Assembly (NCBI GenBank): GCA_028696075.1 | Contig: JAQVHS010000001.1 | Location: 194,408-258,407 of the forward strand | From: Candidatus Gastranaerophilales bacterium | Lineage (GTDB): Bacteria > Cyanobacteriota > Vampirovibrionia > Gastranaerophilales > JAILCC01 | Length of the DNA: 64,000 nucleotides | Reading direction: 5' to 3' | In this document: in pieces, positions 26,902 to 36,170 of the stretch | How positions within the stretch are numbered: the first letter of the stretch is position 1 | How the letters are laid out: each line of letters begins with the position of its first letter | Program-made: the position numbers and the translations under genes | Notes under the pieces: model-generated | The model's database searches: none | Told to the model about the DNA's origin: nothing | The model's input: the letters and a program-made list of their open reading frames with translations, nothing else

Positions 26902-28176
26902 CTAAATTTGTGATTTTTCCAAGGCTTGATTAATATCTTCAATAATATCTTCTATATCCTCAATGCCAATACTTAACCTGATAAAATCTTCACTCAAGCC
27001 GGCAGCTTCCTGCTCTTGGGGGTTAAGCTGCTGATGGGTAGTGCTTGCGGGGTGAATGACCAAGGATTTGGCATCACCAATATTAGCTATGTGGGACAAG
27101 AGTTTTACGCTATCTATAAATTTTACTCCCGCTTCTTTGCCTCCTTTTATGCCAAAAGCCACTATTCCGCTTTGACCGCTGGGAAGGTATTTTTGAGCAA
27201 GGGTATAATTTTCGTCATCTTTTAGCCCGGGATAAATTACCCAGCCCACACCCGGATGTAATTTTAAAAACTCTGCAACTTTAAGGGCATTTTCGCTGTG
27301 TTTTTTCATACGCAGACTTAAAGTTTCTATTCCCTGTAATATTAAAAACGCGTTAAAAGGACTAAGCGCAGCTCCCGTATCACGAAGGATTTTAACCCTC
27401 ATTTTGGCTATAAAGGCGCAGTTGCCAAAAGCTTCCGTATAGCTTAAGCCGTGGTAACTCGGGTCTTTGTCTGTAAGGGTAGAGAATTTGCCTGATTTTG
27501 TCCAATCAAACTTACCGCTGTCTACCACTATTCCGCACATACTGGTGCCATGCCCGCCTAAATATTTGGTAGCAGAGTGAATTACAATATCTGCACCAAA
27601 ATCAACAGGTTTAAGCAAACTCGGGGTTGAAACCGTTGAATCAATGACAAGCGGAATATTATGTTTGTGTGCAATTTCGGCTAATCCTTCTATATCAGCA
27701 ACGGTTAAACGGGGATTAGCGATGGTTTCCGCAAAAATAAGTTTTGTCTTGGGAGTAATTGCTTTTTCAAACTCCAATGGGTCTGCGCTTTTAACAAAGT
27801 GTGTTTTTATCCCTAAATTAGGCAGGGTATTTTGAAACAGCGTATGAGTTCCGCCGTAAATAGAGCTTGAAGAAACAATCTCATCGCCTTGCATAGCAAT
27901 ATTTAAAATTGTATAAAAAATCGCAGACATACCTGAAGATACCGCCAAAGCAGCTGCGCCATGTTCAAGCATTGCAAGGCGTTTTTCCAAAACATCGGTA
28001 GTAGGATTCATAAGCCTTGTATAAATATTACCCGCCTGAGTGAGATTAAACAGATTTTTCGCATGTTCGGAGCTGTCAAAAGCAAATGCCGTTGTTTGAT
28101 AAATCGGTAACGCTCTTGAATTCGTAGCTTTATCAGGTTCCTGTGCGCCATGAATTTCTATAGTGCTGTCTTTCAT
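26902..28176 (-). CDS. metY: O-acetylhomoserine sulfhydrylase
   Basis: ATG 28176 preceded by AAGGAGAAAAATT. The track ORF extends to 28248 but would overlap the upstream gene by 61 nt. [14 protein letters not shown]-lysine motif. Cys/Met-metabolism PLP fold over the full length. Confidence 0.9.
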   Translation of the reverse strand: MKDSTIEIHGAQEPDKATNSRALPIYQTTAFAFDSSEHAKNLFNLTQAGNIYTRLMNPTTDVLEKRLAMLEHGAAALAVSSGMSAIFYTILNIAMQGDEIVSSSSIYGGTHTLFQNTLPNLGIKTHFVKSADPLEFEKAITPKTKLIFAETIANPRLTVADIEGLAEIAHKHNIPLVIDSTVSTPSLLKPVDFGADIVIHSATKYLGGHGTSMCGIVVDSGKFDWTKSGKFSTLTDKDPSYHGLSYTEAFGNCAFIAKMRVKILRDTGAALSPFNAFLILQGIETLSLRMKKHSENALKVAEFLKLHPGVGWVIYPGLKDDENYTLAQKYLPSGQSGIVAFGIKGGKEAGVKFIDSVKLLSHIANIGDAKSLVIHPASTTHQQLNPQEQEAAGLSEDFIRLSIGIEDIEDIIEDINQALEKSQI

Positions 28177-28187
28177 AATTTTTCTCC

Positions 28188-28385
28188 TTAACCGCCGCCA
28201 AAAAATCCGACAATTTCTATGCCGTCGTTTTCCTGTAATATCGTGCAATAATTTTCTTTGTAAATGATTTCCTTGTTTTTTTCCACTACAAACATTTTGG
28301 ACTTTACATTTGCAAATTCTATTAAATCCAAAATAGTAGCGTTTTCTTTAATATTAATATTTTTACCGTTTAAGATTACATTCAT
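28188..28385 (-). CDS. ThiS/MoaD-family sulfur-carrier protein, second copy (C-terminus ...VGFFGGG-stop)
   Basis: 65 aa, [10 protein letters not shown]... Paralog of 6384-6584 (shared F[VI][VI]EKN..II.KE.Y....LQE.D.IE[LI]VGF.GGG). Stop lies 9 nt before the metY start. Start overlaps the upstream PHP gene by 23 nt. Confidence 0.75.
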   Translation of the reverse strand: MNVILNGKNINIKENATILDLIEFANVKSKMFVVEKNKEIIYKENYCTILQENDGIEIVGFFGGG

Positions 28386-29037
28386 TTTCGCTTATTTCGC
28401 CTTTTTTTATTATAGCTTCCACGCTGTGAGAATCACTTCCGCCTGTTTGCAATAAATTCAGCTCTTGTGCGATTTTTTCGACATCAGAAGCTTCATAAAA
28501 TTTTATTATACTCCTGTGCCTGCGATAAGCATAATTTGTTTCCAATCCGTCAAGCCCGTACGTTATTAATTTTTTTACGGTGTTTTTCAAATTTAAGCTC
28601 CAGCAGCATGCAGGATGAGCCAAAACCGCTATACCGCCTGCAGCCTTAATTGCCTTTATAACAGCTTTTGCGCTCCTGTAATTGATTAATCTTATAATAT
28701 CGTTTGTGGCACAAAGCTTGTTTTTTGCATAAAGCTTGATTAATTCAGGATGATTTACATCAATCCCGTAACCTAAAATATGCATGTATACATATCCGTG
28801 CCAGCAGTCAAATTCAACGCTTTTAATAATTTGAATTTCATCATCACTTTGCACCTGATTATGGGCGGCAACAACATTGTGATCTGTTATAGCAATAATT
28901 TTAAACCCTTTTTCCTTGCAGGCATCAGCGACTTGCTGCGGAGTGTTTTCACCGTCGGAACAGTCGGTGTGAATATGCAAATCCACCGTATTAAAAAAAT
29001 CCTCTTTTTTTATATTTGCTAAAAAGTCTTTCATCAC
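28363..29037 (-). CDS. PHP-domain metal-dependent hydrolase
   Basis: VDLHIHTDCSDGENTP N-terminal PHP motif, ITDHN, AHP and GGSDSH metal-ligand motifs. 224 aa. Confidence 0.75.
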   Translation of the reverse strand: MMKDFLANIKKEDFFNTVDLHIHTDCSDGENTPQQVADACKEKGFKIIAITDHNVVAAHNQVQSDDEIQIIKSVEFDCWHGYVYMHILGYGIDVNHPELIKLYAKNKLCATNDIIRLINYRSAKAVIKAIKAAGGIAVLAHPACCWSLNLKNTVKKLITYGLDGLETNYAYRRHRSIIKFYEASDVEKIAQELNLLQTGGSDSHSVEAIIKKGEISENECNLKR

Positions 29038-29038
29038 G

Positions 29039-29317
29039 CTAGCCTGCTATTTGTAAAAGGAGCATTATAACTACCCTTTGCACAAGTCCTAATACAATAA
29101 AAGCCACAATCGGGGATAAATCTATTCCTGATATAGGCGGTATAAGGTTTCTGAAAGGAGTTAAAATAGGGTCTGTAATATCCTTTAAAGTTTTGCCAAA
29201 ACCGCTGTACCAGTTCATATTAGGAACCCAGGACAGTAAAATTCTGACTAAAAGAGTCCATATAAGAATTTCAAAAAACAAATTTATACCATTTATAATA
29301 ATTGCTATTGACATCAT
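29039..29317 (-). CDS. yggT: YggT-family membrane protein
   Basis: 92 aa with two TM helices. ILLSWVP....ITDPILTPFRNLIPPISGIDLSPIVAFIVL is typical of YggT/Ycf19. Confidence 0.75.
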   Translation of the reverse strand: MMSIAIIINGINLFFEILIWTLLVRILLSWVPNMNWYSGFGKTLKDITDPILTPFRNLIPPISGIDLSPIVAFIVLGLVQRVVIMLLLQIAG

Positions 29318-30123
29318 AAACGTCCTCTTTTTAAAGTTTCAAAACAGTAACAATTTTTCTGCTCTTGCGGAATAACTTCAATTAAATCGAACAATACTTT
29401 CTTCAAATTGGTAATGTTTTTTTCAAATACTTCTATTACGGCGCTATGGCTAACCGGCTCTGTATCGCTTACCAAACCGGCATCATAGTCCGTAACAAGA
29501 CAAATGGTAACAGGACACATGTCAAATTCTTTCACCAAATGGCTTTCAGGGTAGTTGGTCATTCCTATAACGCTCCAGCCTTGAGAAGTATAGAATTTTG
29601 ATTCGGCTTTTGTGCTGAATCTCGGACCGTTAATAACAAGCATTGTACCTGTTTGATGAACAGTTACATTATTCTTTTGTGCCGCTTGAACTGCTAAATC
29701 ACGAAGCTCGGGACAATAAGGGTCTGCAGCGCTAATATGTGTACATATCGGACCTTCAAAGAAAGTATCTTTTCTGCCTGAAGTCCAATTGACAAACTGG
29801 TCAACAATGACAAAATCACCCGGTGCAATTTCTTTTTGCAGGCTGCCTACCGCACAAGGCGAAATAACCCTCTTAACCCCTAAAGCTCTCATCGCCCAAA
29901 CGTTAGCGCGATAGTTAATTTGATGGGGCAAAATTGTATGTTTTCTGCCGTGGCGCGGCAAAAATGCAACTTTTTTATCGCATATTGTACCTAGCATAAG
30001 ACTGTCTGAGGGTGAACCGTAGGGGGTTTCTATTTGAACTTCTTTAATATCATCTAAAAATTTGTAAAATCCGCTGCCGCCAAAAATACCTATGTCAGCT
30101 TTTTCTTTAACGTCATTAAACAT
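29314..30123 (-). CDS. mtnP: S-methyl-5'-thioadenosine phosphorylase
   Basis: IGIFGGSGFY, FLPRHGRKHTILPHQINYRANVWAMRALGV and GMTNYPE motifs of MTAP-type PNP family. Confidence 0.9.
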   Translation of the reverse strand: MFNDVKEKADIGIFGGSGFYKFLDDIKEVQIETPYGSPSDSLMLGTICDKKVAFLPRHGRKHTILPHQINYRANVWAMRALGVKRVISPCAVGSLQKEIAPGDFVIVDQFVNWTSGRKDTFFEGPICTHISAADPYCPELRDLAVQAAQKNNVTVHQTGTMLVINGPRFSTKAESKFYTSQGWSVIGMTNYPESHLVKEFDMCPVTICLVTDYDAGLVSDTEPVSHSAVIEVFEKNITNLKKVLFDLIEVIPQEQKNCYCFETLKRGRL

Positions 30124-30256
30124 AGCCGCTCCTCATCAGACTAAACCGCTTAAAATATTATCACCCAAAATCAATATATTTACAATGCGTTTGACCGTTA
30201 AATTTTTTCATGATAACTTTTATCTATAGATTAAAAAGAAACAACGAGGAGTCATC

Positions 30257-30757
30257 ATGCAAGTTATATTAAAAAAAGACGTACAATCAGTAGGCGAAAC
30301 AGGTGATGTGGTAGAAGTAAAAGACGGTTATGCCCGCAACTATTTACTACCTAACAATATGGCAGAAGCTGCTACAAAAGGAGCTTTGGCTAACAGAGAG
30401 AGAAATTTGGTCCGCATCAAAGCCAAAGCTGAAAAATTACATCAGGAAGCCGTAGAAAAAGCGGAAAAAATAAACCTTCTTGAAGTGGTTACAATCGAAG
30501 CCAAAGCAGGCGAAAAAGGAAAGCTTTTCGGCGCTGTTACTACAAAGAAACTGGCTGATGTTATTGCCGAAAAATCAGGCATAGAAGTTGACAGAAAAAA
30601 TATTTCTTTAGACAGACCTATTAACCAAATCGGAAGCTATGAGCTATTGATTAAATTATCTTCAAAAGTTTCTACAAAAATCGGCATTGAAGTAAAAGCC
30701 ATTGAAATTATTAAAGAATCTATCATTGAAGAAGTACAAGAAACTGAAGAAAATTAA
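30257..30757 (+). CDS. rplI: 50S ribosomal protein L9
   Basis: MQVILKKDVQSVGETGDVVEVKDGYARNYLLP N-terminal domain, long connecting helix, C-terminal domain. GAGGAG RBS. Confidence 0.95.
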   Translation: MQVILKKDVQSVGETGDVVEVKDGYARNYLLPNNMAEAATKGALANRERNLVRIKAKAEKLHQEAVEKAEKINLLEVVTIEAKAGEKGKLFGAVTTKKLADVIAEKSGIEVDRKNISLDRPINQIGSYELLIKLSSKVSTKIGIEVKAIEIIKESIIEEVQETEEN

Positions 30758-30775
30758 TTTTTCCAATACATAAAC

Positions 30776-30806
30776 AAAAAAGGTATAGAATTTATACCTT
30801 TTTTTG
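30776..30806 (+). terminator. rho-independent terminator
   Basis: AAGGTATA-gaatt-TATACCTT followed by TTTTT. Confidence 0.7.
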
Positions 30807-30889
30807 TGCCAAAATTTCGCTGTTATTTAACCTATTTGTAACGCAGGTATTTTTTTGCTACTATATTATTAGGTTCACAAGGAATTAAG

Positions 30890-31855
30890 ATGAAGAAAAA
30901 ACAAACCTATATTGTACTCGATGTTGAAACAACAGGACTTGATGTCTATAAAGAAAAAATGATTGAATTTGCCGCTGTAAAGCTGGTTGGCAATAAAATA
31001 ACAGAAACATTTGAAACTTTAATAAATCCGCAGCAGCCAATAAGACACTCAAGTTTTTTGGTGCATGGTATTTCTCAAGAAGAAGTAGAAAACCAACCCG
31101 TTTATGAAGAAATCATGCCCGCGATTTTGGAATTTATAGGGGACTATCCCCTTGTCGGACATAACGTGATTTTTGACTACAGCTTTTTAAACAGAGCGAC
31201 TAAAAATCTCTACGGAAAAGAACTTACAAATCATATAATAGATTCTCAGGCTATGTTTAAAGAAGTTTTCCCGGAAGAAGCCTCCCACGGGCTGGAAGCC
31301 TTAATGACAAGGATGAAGGTTATATTTTCAACAAGACACCGTGCCATGGCTGACACAATGGGACTTGCGCAGGCTTTCCCAAAACTTAAAAAACTCTATG
31401 ATAAAAAATGCGCCTGGCAGCTTTCGCAATGCGAAAATGTTCCCTATCTGTTTGAAAGATACCTTAGAGTCCAAAATGCCATTCAGGTAATGCAGTCGGA
31501 ACTTTTGGACTTAAAATCAATATTTAAAGTTTATTTTGAAAACGGCGGCGATGAAGTTATGTCAGTTACCGGCGAAACTTTGGTCTATAACTCTAAATCA
31601 GGTTATACTTATGACTTTGAAAAAATCAGACCCTGCCTTGATGAAATTGAATCAATTAATAAAGTCATCAAATTAAACAGCGGTTTATTAGACAGAATGG
31701 TTTTGAGTAAAAGTCTTGATGATGATGTAAAAGAAATATTACGCTCTGCAAGGACAGGATTTTCTGAAAACAAAAGCGTTAACATTGTCAAAGCCTCTAA
31801 AAACGGTAACGGGAATGGTAACGGCAACGGTAACGGCAGCCACGAAAACGATTAA
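30890..31855 (+). CDS. DEDDh 3'-5' exonuclease (DnaQ/epsilon-like) with uncharacterised C-terminal domain and (Asn-Gly)6 tail
   Basis: Exo I VLDVETTG, Exo II GHNVIFDYSFL and Exo III HRAMADT motifs in the first 170 aa. The remaining 150 aa are unrecognised. Ends KNGNGNGNGNGNGSHEND. Confidence 0.8.
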   Translation: MKKKQTYIVLDVETTGLDVYKEKMIEFAAVKLVGNKITETFETLINPQQPIRHSSFLVHGISQEEVENQPVYEEIMPAILEFIGDYPLVGHNVIFDYSFLNRATKNLYGKELTNHIIDSQAMFKEVFPEEASHGLEALMTRMKVIFSTRHRAMADTMGLAQAFPKLKKLYDKKCAWQLSQCENVPYLFERYLRVQNAIQVMQSELLDLKSIFKVYFENGGDEVMSVTGETLVYNSKSGYTYDFEKIRPCLDEIESINKVIKLNSGLLDRMVLSKSLDDDVKEILRSARTGFSENKSVNIVKASKNGNGNGNGNGNGSHEND

Positions 31856-32400
31856 TGATGAGAATTACCGCAGGCAAATTCAGACAAAAACAAGTTAAAA
31901 CTATTGACTCAAAAAATATAAGACCCTCTCTGTCTAAAACCAGAGAAAGTATTTTTAATATTTTACAAAACCAAACAGAAGGTACGGTTTGGCTGGATTT
32001 ATTTGCAGGCAGCGGAATTATAGGGCTGGAAGCAGCTTCAAGAGGAGCACAGAAAATTATTTTCGTTGAAAAAAATCCCGGGCATTTTAAACTTTTGAAA
32101 GAAAATCTCTCTCAATTTGAATTTGAATACGAAGCTTATTTAAAAGACGCAATAAAAGCCCTTGATTATTTTAAAGAAGACCAATTTGATTTTATTTTTC
32201 TTGACCCTCCTTATAAAAGTGATTTAGCTGAAAGTGCATTAAAAATTATTGTATCAAAAAAACTCCTCAATTCGAACGGTATAATCATAATAGAATGCCC
32301 AAAGGATAAGGAGTTTGAGGATTTAACCAAGGAATTAAATCTTACAATAAGAACCCAAAAACTTTACGGCGATACAAAGCTTTATTTTATATCGATATAA
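31855..32400 (+). CDS. rsmD: 16S rRNA (guanine966-N2)-methyltransferase
   Basis: RITAGKFRQKQV...RPSLSKTRESIFNIL, LDLFAGSGIIGLEAASRGA and FLDPPY motifs. Confidence 0.85.
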   Translation: MMRITAGKFRQKQVKTIDSKNIRPSLSKTRESIFNILQNQTEGTVWLDLFAGSGIIGLEAASRGAQKIIFVEKNPGHFKLLKENLSQFEFEYEAYLKDAIKALDYFKEDQFDFIFLDPPYKSDLAESALKIIVSKKLLNSNGIIIIECPKDKEFEDLTKELNLTIRTQKLYGDTKLYFISI

Positions 32401-32411
32401 TAATAAACCAT

Positions 32412-35400
32412 CTAATCCAAAGAGCGGGCGGATAATTTCACCATGCCGTCGTATTTTTTATTAATAGTATTGATTAAATCATTGGAAGTATTGAGCCAAA
32501 ACCCGTTATTGGCAAGAATTTTCACGGGAGAATCTTCTTTTACCGTTATGATAAGCGGATCAGAACCTTTATATTTGATTAAGTCATCTTTAAGAGCGGC
32601 TATATCCTCAAACTTCATTGTATGCAAAAACTCAAGGTCAATAATATTTGTGTTTTCAACCATTTTAACTGAATCAACCACAATGCTTGTAGTTTTGCCT
32701 TCTTCATCATCACCCCGCTGTTGAAGTTTGCCTGCAATGATTACTTTGGCTTCTTTTTCCAAATAATCGCCGTAAAGCTCCATCTGTTTGCTGAACATTA
32801 CAAACTCAACACTCCCCGTGAGGTCTTCTATCACGCCTGCTTTAAAAAGCTTACCTTTTTTCGTTGTCAGCATCCTTACACTGCTTAAAAGCCCGCATAC
32901 TGTTACAGGCACAGCATCAGGAAGGTCTGAAAGCTGAGAAATTTTGTGCGTGGTTAAAAACGGCAAATGCCTTTGAATACTGGATAAAGGGTGTGAAGTT
33001 ACGTAAAAACCCAAAAGTTCTTTTTCAAACATTTGAATTTCTGTATCGGTAAACTCTTCATCGCTGCCCTGCAAAGTATAATTTCCTGCTTCCTCATCCT
33101 CGCCGAATGCAGCAAAAAGCCCCATCTGTCCGCTTTCTTTACGCTGAATTTCTCTTTGTGCCGAGCTTATTACATTGTCGATGTTGTTTACAAGCTGCTT
33201 TCTGCTTTTTTCAAGTTCGCCGAAAGCGCCCGCTTTTATAAGACTTTCAAGCGTTCTTTTGTTTAAGCCGCTTACCCTGCTGCAAAAATCGTAAAAAGAC
33301 TTGAACGGTTTTTCTTTTCTCTCTTTTTCAATCTCTTCAATAAAAGCCATACCAACGTTTTTGATTGAAGCAAGACCAAATCTTATATTATCTTTGTCAG
33401 GCGAAAAACTGGCATTAGAAGAATTTACATCAGGGGGAAGCACTTTAATACCGAGTTTTTGGCATTCTGCAATGTATGCCTGGGTTTTTTCCTGGTTATC
33501 ACTTACGCTTGATAATAACGCGCTAAAATATTCTATGGAATAATGGGCTTTTAAATAAGCTGTTTGATAAGCCAAAAATGCATAAGCGGCGCTATGCGCC
33601 CTGTTAAAACAGTATTCGGCGAATTTTTCCATACTGTTAAATAAATCTTCCGCAACAGCTCTGTCAACTTTGTTTTGCACAGCTCCGTCAATGAAAATCG
33701 CCCTTTGTTTATCCATTTCGGATTTTTTCTTTTTACCCATAGCGCGTCTTAACAAATCAGCTTGCCCCAGCGAATAGCCGGCGAGAGATTGTACTATCTG
33801 CATAATTTGTTCCTGATAAACCATTGTGCCATAGGTATCTTTTAAAATCGGTTCCAAAAGAGGATGGGCATAGGTAACTTTTTCACGTCCGTGTTTACGG
33901 TTTACGAAAGAATCAATCATGCCTGATTCCAAAGGTCCGGGTCTGTACAGCGCCACCAGAGCGCCTATATCCTCAAATGCCGAAGGACGTAGGTTTTTCA
34001 CAAGCTGTTTCATCCCTTGTGATTCAAGCTGAAATACTCCGTCGGTTTCGCCGCTTGACAGCAGGTCATAAGTAGCTTGATCATCAAGCGGAATTTTATT
34101 AATATCAATATTTTCGCCAGTCCTGCTTTTAATCATTTTTAACGTTTGGTCAATAATGGTAAGGTTTCTCAATCCCAAAAAGTCCATTTTTAACAGCCCT
34201 ATAGAGTCAACATCGCTCATAGAGTATGTTGTTACCACTATATTTTCTTTAGTTCGCTGCAAAGGAACAATTTCATTAAGATTGTCTTTAGAAATAATTA
34301 CACCTGCCGCGTGAGTGCCGTAGTTATTTTTGATACCTTCAATGGAGATTGCAAGGTCAACAAGCTCTTTTACCTGCGGTTTTTCGTCGTACTCTTTTTT
34401 AAGCGGCATTCCGTCTTTTAACGAATCAACGAGCTTCATTTTGGGACCTGAAATTACCATTTTTGCAAGTTCGTTTGAAGTTGAGTAATCAATGTCCAAA
34501 ACTCTCGCAACGCCCTTAAGCGCAGCTCTGGCTGCTAATGTTCCGAACGTAATAATCTGACAAACCCGCTCTTCGCCGTACTTACGTGTAACATAATCAA
34601 TCGCATCGGCACGTTTTTCGATACAAAAATCGATATCTACGTCGGGCATGCTTACACGTTCGGGGTTTAAAAATCTCTCAAATAACAGATTATGTTCAAT
34701 CGGGTCTAAATCCGTAATCTCAAGAGCATAAGCAATCAAACTGCCTGCCGCAGACCCCCTGCCCGGTCCTACGGGAATATTATGTCTTTTTGAATAATTG
34801 ATAAAATCCCATACAATTAGAAAATATGCCGCAAAACCCATTTTTTCAATTGTTTCCAGCTCAAATTTATATCTTTTGTCAAGCTCGGTGGTAATTTCAC
34901 CGTAACGTTTTTTTAATCCGTCACGAACCAGCTTATGAAGATATGATTCGACCGTAAACCCTGCAGGAACTTCATAATCAGGAATAAGCGTTTTACCGAG
35001 TTCCATTATAAGATTGCATTTATCGGCAATTTTTACGGTATTTTCTATGCAGGTGTTAAAGGTGGCATCATCAAGCCAACTGAAAGCTAATCTCAATTCA
35101 TCGGCGGTTTTGATATAAAATTCGTTATTCGGGAAACGCATTCTATTAGGGTCTTCGTAGGTTTTGCCTGTTTGCAGACAAAGCAAAACATCATGCGCCT
35201 TTGCATCTTCGGGTCTGTTATAATGGCTGTCATTTGTTATTACAAGCTCAATATCAAGCTCTTTTGCTATCTTAATCAACTGCGGGTTTGCACGTTTTTG
35301 CTCGGGCAAATTATGGTCTTGCAATTCTATATAGTAGTCTTCGCCAAAAAGGTCTTTGTACCATTTCGCCTGCTCTTTTGCTTTTGCATAATTATCCTGC

Positions 35401-35837
35401 AAAATGTATTTGTTTAACTCTCCGCCAAGACATGCGCTTAAACAAATCAAGCCTTCGTTGTGTTGTTTTAAAAGCTCGTGATTAATTCTGGGTTTATAAT
35501 AAAAGCCGTCTAAGTTTGCTATACTGACAAGTTTAACAAGATTTTTATACCCTGTTTTATTTTTGGCAATTAAAATCAGGTGGTACATAGGGTTGTTTTT
35601 GGGGTCTTTTTCGGACAATTCCCCGGTATGCATATAAATTTCGCAGCCCACAAGCGGCTTTATATGGTTTTCTTTTGCAAATTTATAAAATTCAATAGCG
35701 CCGTACATCACGCCATGGTCTGTCAAAGCACAGGCAGGCATATTATTTGCCTGACAAAAACTTATCAGTTCTTTAATCCGGGTTGCCCCGTCTAAAAGAC
35801 TGTATTCCGTGTGCAAATGTAATGGAACATACTGCAT
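32412..35837 (-). CDS. dnaE: DNA polymerase III alpha subunit
   Basis: PHP N-terminus FVPLHLHTEYSLLDGA, polymerase core (GPGRGSAAGSLIAYAL, MPDVDIDF) and OB-fold C-terminus. 1141 aa without interruption. Confidence 0.95.
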   Translation of the reverse strand: MQYVPLHLHTEYSLLDGATRIKELISFCQANNMPACALTDHGVMYGAIEFYKFAKENHIKPLVGCEIYMHTGELSEKDPKNNPMYHLILIAKNKTGYKNLVKLVSIANLDGFYYKPRINHELLKQHNEGLICLSACLGGELNKYILQDNYAKAKEQAKWYKDLFGEDYYIELQDHNLPEQKRANPQLIKIAKELDIELVITNDSHYNRPEDAKAHDVLLCLQTGKTYEDPNRMRFPNNEFYIKTADELRLAFSWLDDATFNTCIENTVKIADKCNLIMELGKTLIPDYEVPAGFTVESYLHKLVRDGLKKRYGEITTELDKRYKFELETIEKMGFAAYFLIVWDFINYSKRHNIPVGPGRGSAAGSLIAYALEITDLDPIEHNLLFERFLNPERVSMPDVDIDFCIEKRADAIDYVTRKYGEERVCQIITFGTLAARAALKGVARVLDIDYSTSNELAKMVISGPKMKLVDSLKDGMPLKKEYDEKPQVKELVDLAISIEGIKNNYGTHAAGVIISKDNLNEIVPLQRTKENIVVTTYSMSDVDSIGLLKMDFLGLRNLTIIDQTLKMIKSRTGENIDINKIPLDDQATYDLLSSGETDGVFQLESQGMKQLVKNLRPSAFEDIGALVALYRPGPLESGMIDSFVNRKHGREKVTYAHPLLEPILKDTYGTMVYQEQIMQIVQSLAGYSLGQADLLRRAMGKKKKSEMDKQRAIFIDGAVQNKVDRAVAEDLFNSMEKFAEYCFNRAHSAAYAFLAYQTAYLKAHYSIEYFSALLSSVSDNQEKTQAYIAECQKLGIKVLPPDVNSSNASFSPDKDNIRFGLASIKNVGMAFIEEIEKERKEKPFKSFYDFCSRVSGLNKRTLESLIKAGAFGELEKSRKQLVNNIDNVISSAQREIQRKESGQMGLFAAFGEDEEAGNYTLQGSDEEFTDTEIQMFEKELLGFYVTSHPLSSIQRHLPFLTTHKISQLSDLPDAVPVTVCGLLSSVRMLTTKKGKLFKAGVIEDLTGSVEFVMFSKQMELYGDYLEKEAKVIIAGKLQQRGDDEEGKTTSIVVDSVKMVENTNIIDLEFLHTMKFEDIAALKDDLIKYKGSDPLIITVKEDSPVKILANNGFWLNTSNDLINTINKKYDGMVKLSARSLD

Positions 35838-35908
35838 ATTCCGAACCTGTACTCCCTAACCATACCTTTATACTATTGTACAATCCACAGAGCTGCGGTG
35901 CAAACAAA

Positions 35909-36166
35909 TTATTTTTTGGAGTAAAAAAACTTTAACATAATAACAGCAAGTATTTGAAGGAACACCACACCGTTAAATATAACCATGGAATTTGATTTGA
36001 AAATCAAGCCATGTACACCCCACAAAAACGTCGCACTTGCATAAAGCCCAAGCATCCAATAGGAAAAATCTTTTGCGGATTTTGTTTTTAGTACCCTGTA
36101 AATTTGCGGCAGATATGCTATAGACATTAAAATGCCCGCTATATAACCGTAAAATTCTTTTGGCAT
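35909..36166 (-). CDS. SemiSWEET / PQ-loop family small membrane protein
   Basis: 85 aa with three TM helices and the LPQ motif in TM1 (SIAYLPQIYRVLKTKS). Lies 4 nt downstream of the aminotransferase gene. Confidence 0.7.
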   Translation of the reverse strand: MPKEFYGYIAGILMSIAYLPQIYRVLKTKSAKDFSYWMLGLYASATFLWGVHGLIFKSNSMVIFNGVVFLQILAVIMLKFFYSKK

Positions 36167-36170
36167 AAGC

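Noticed and set aside
26902-28248. Long N-terminal extension of MetY in the track ORF (start 28248)
   Set aside because: The extension ([24 protein letters not shown]) is Arg-rich junk that would overlap the ThiS-like gene by 61 nt. A strong AAGGAG RBS precedes the internal ATG at 28176. Similar trimming was applied at 517, 1680, 8420, 22534, 26847, 37289, 40593, 55652, 56950, 57732 and 62022.
30124-30256. Riboswitch (SAM or other) upstream of the mtnP-metY operon
   Set aside because: The divergent intergenic region is only about 130 nt and is shared with the rplI promoter. I could not see the conserved helices of SAM-I, SAM-II or SAM-SAH elements.
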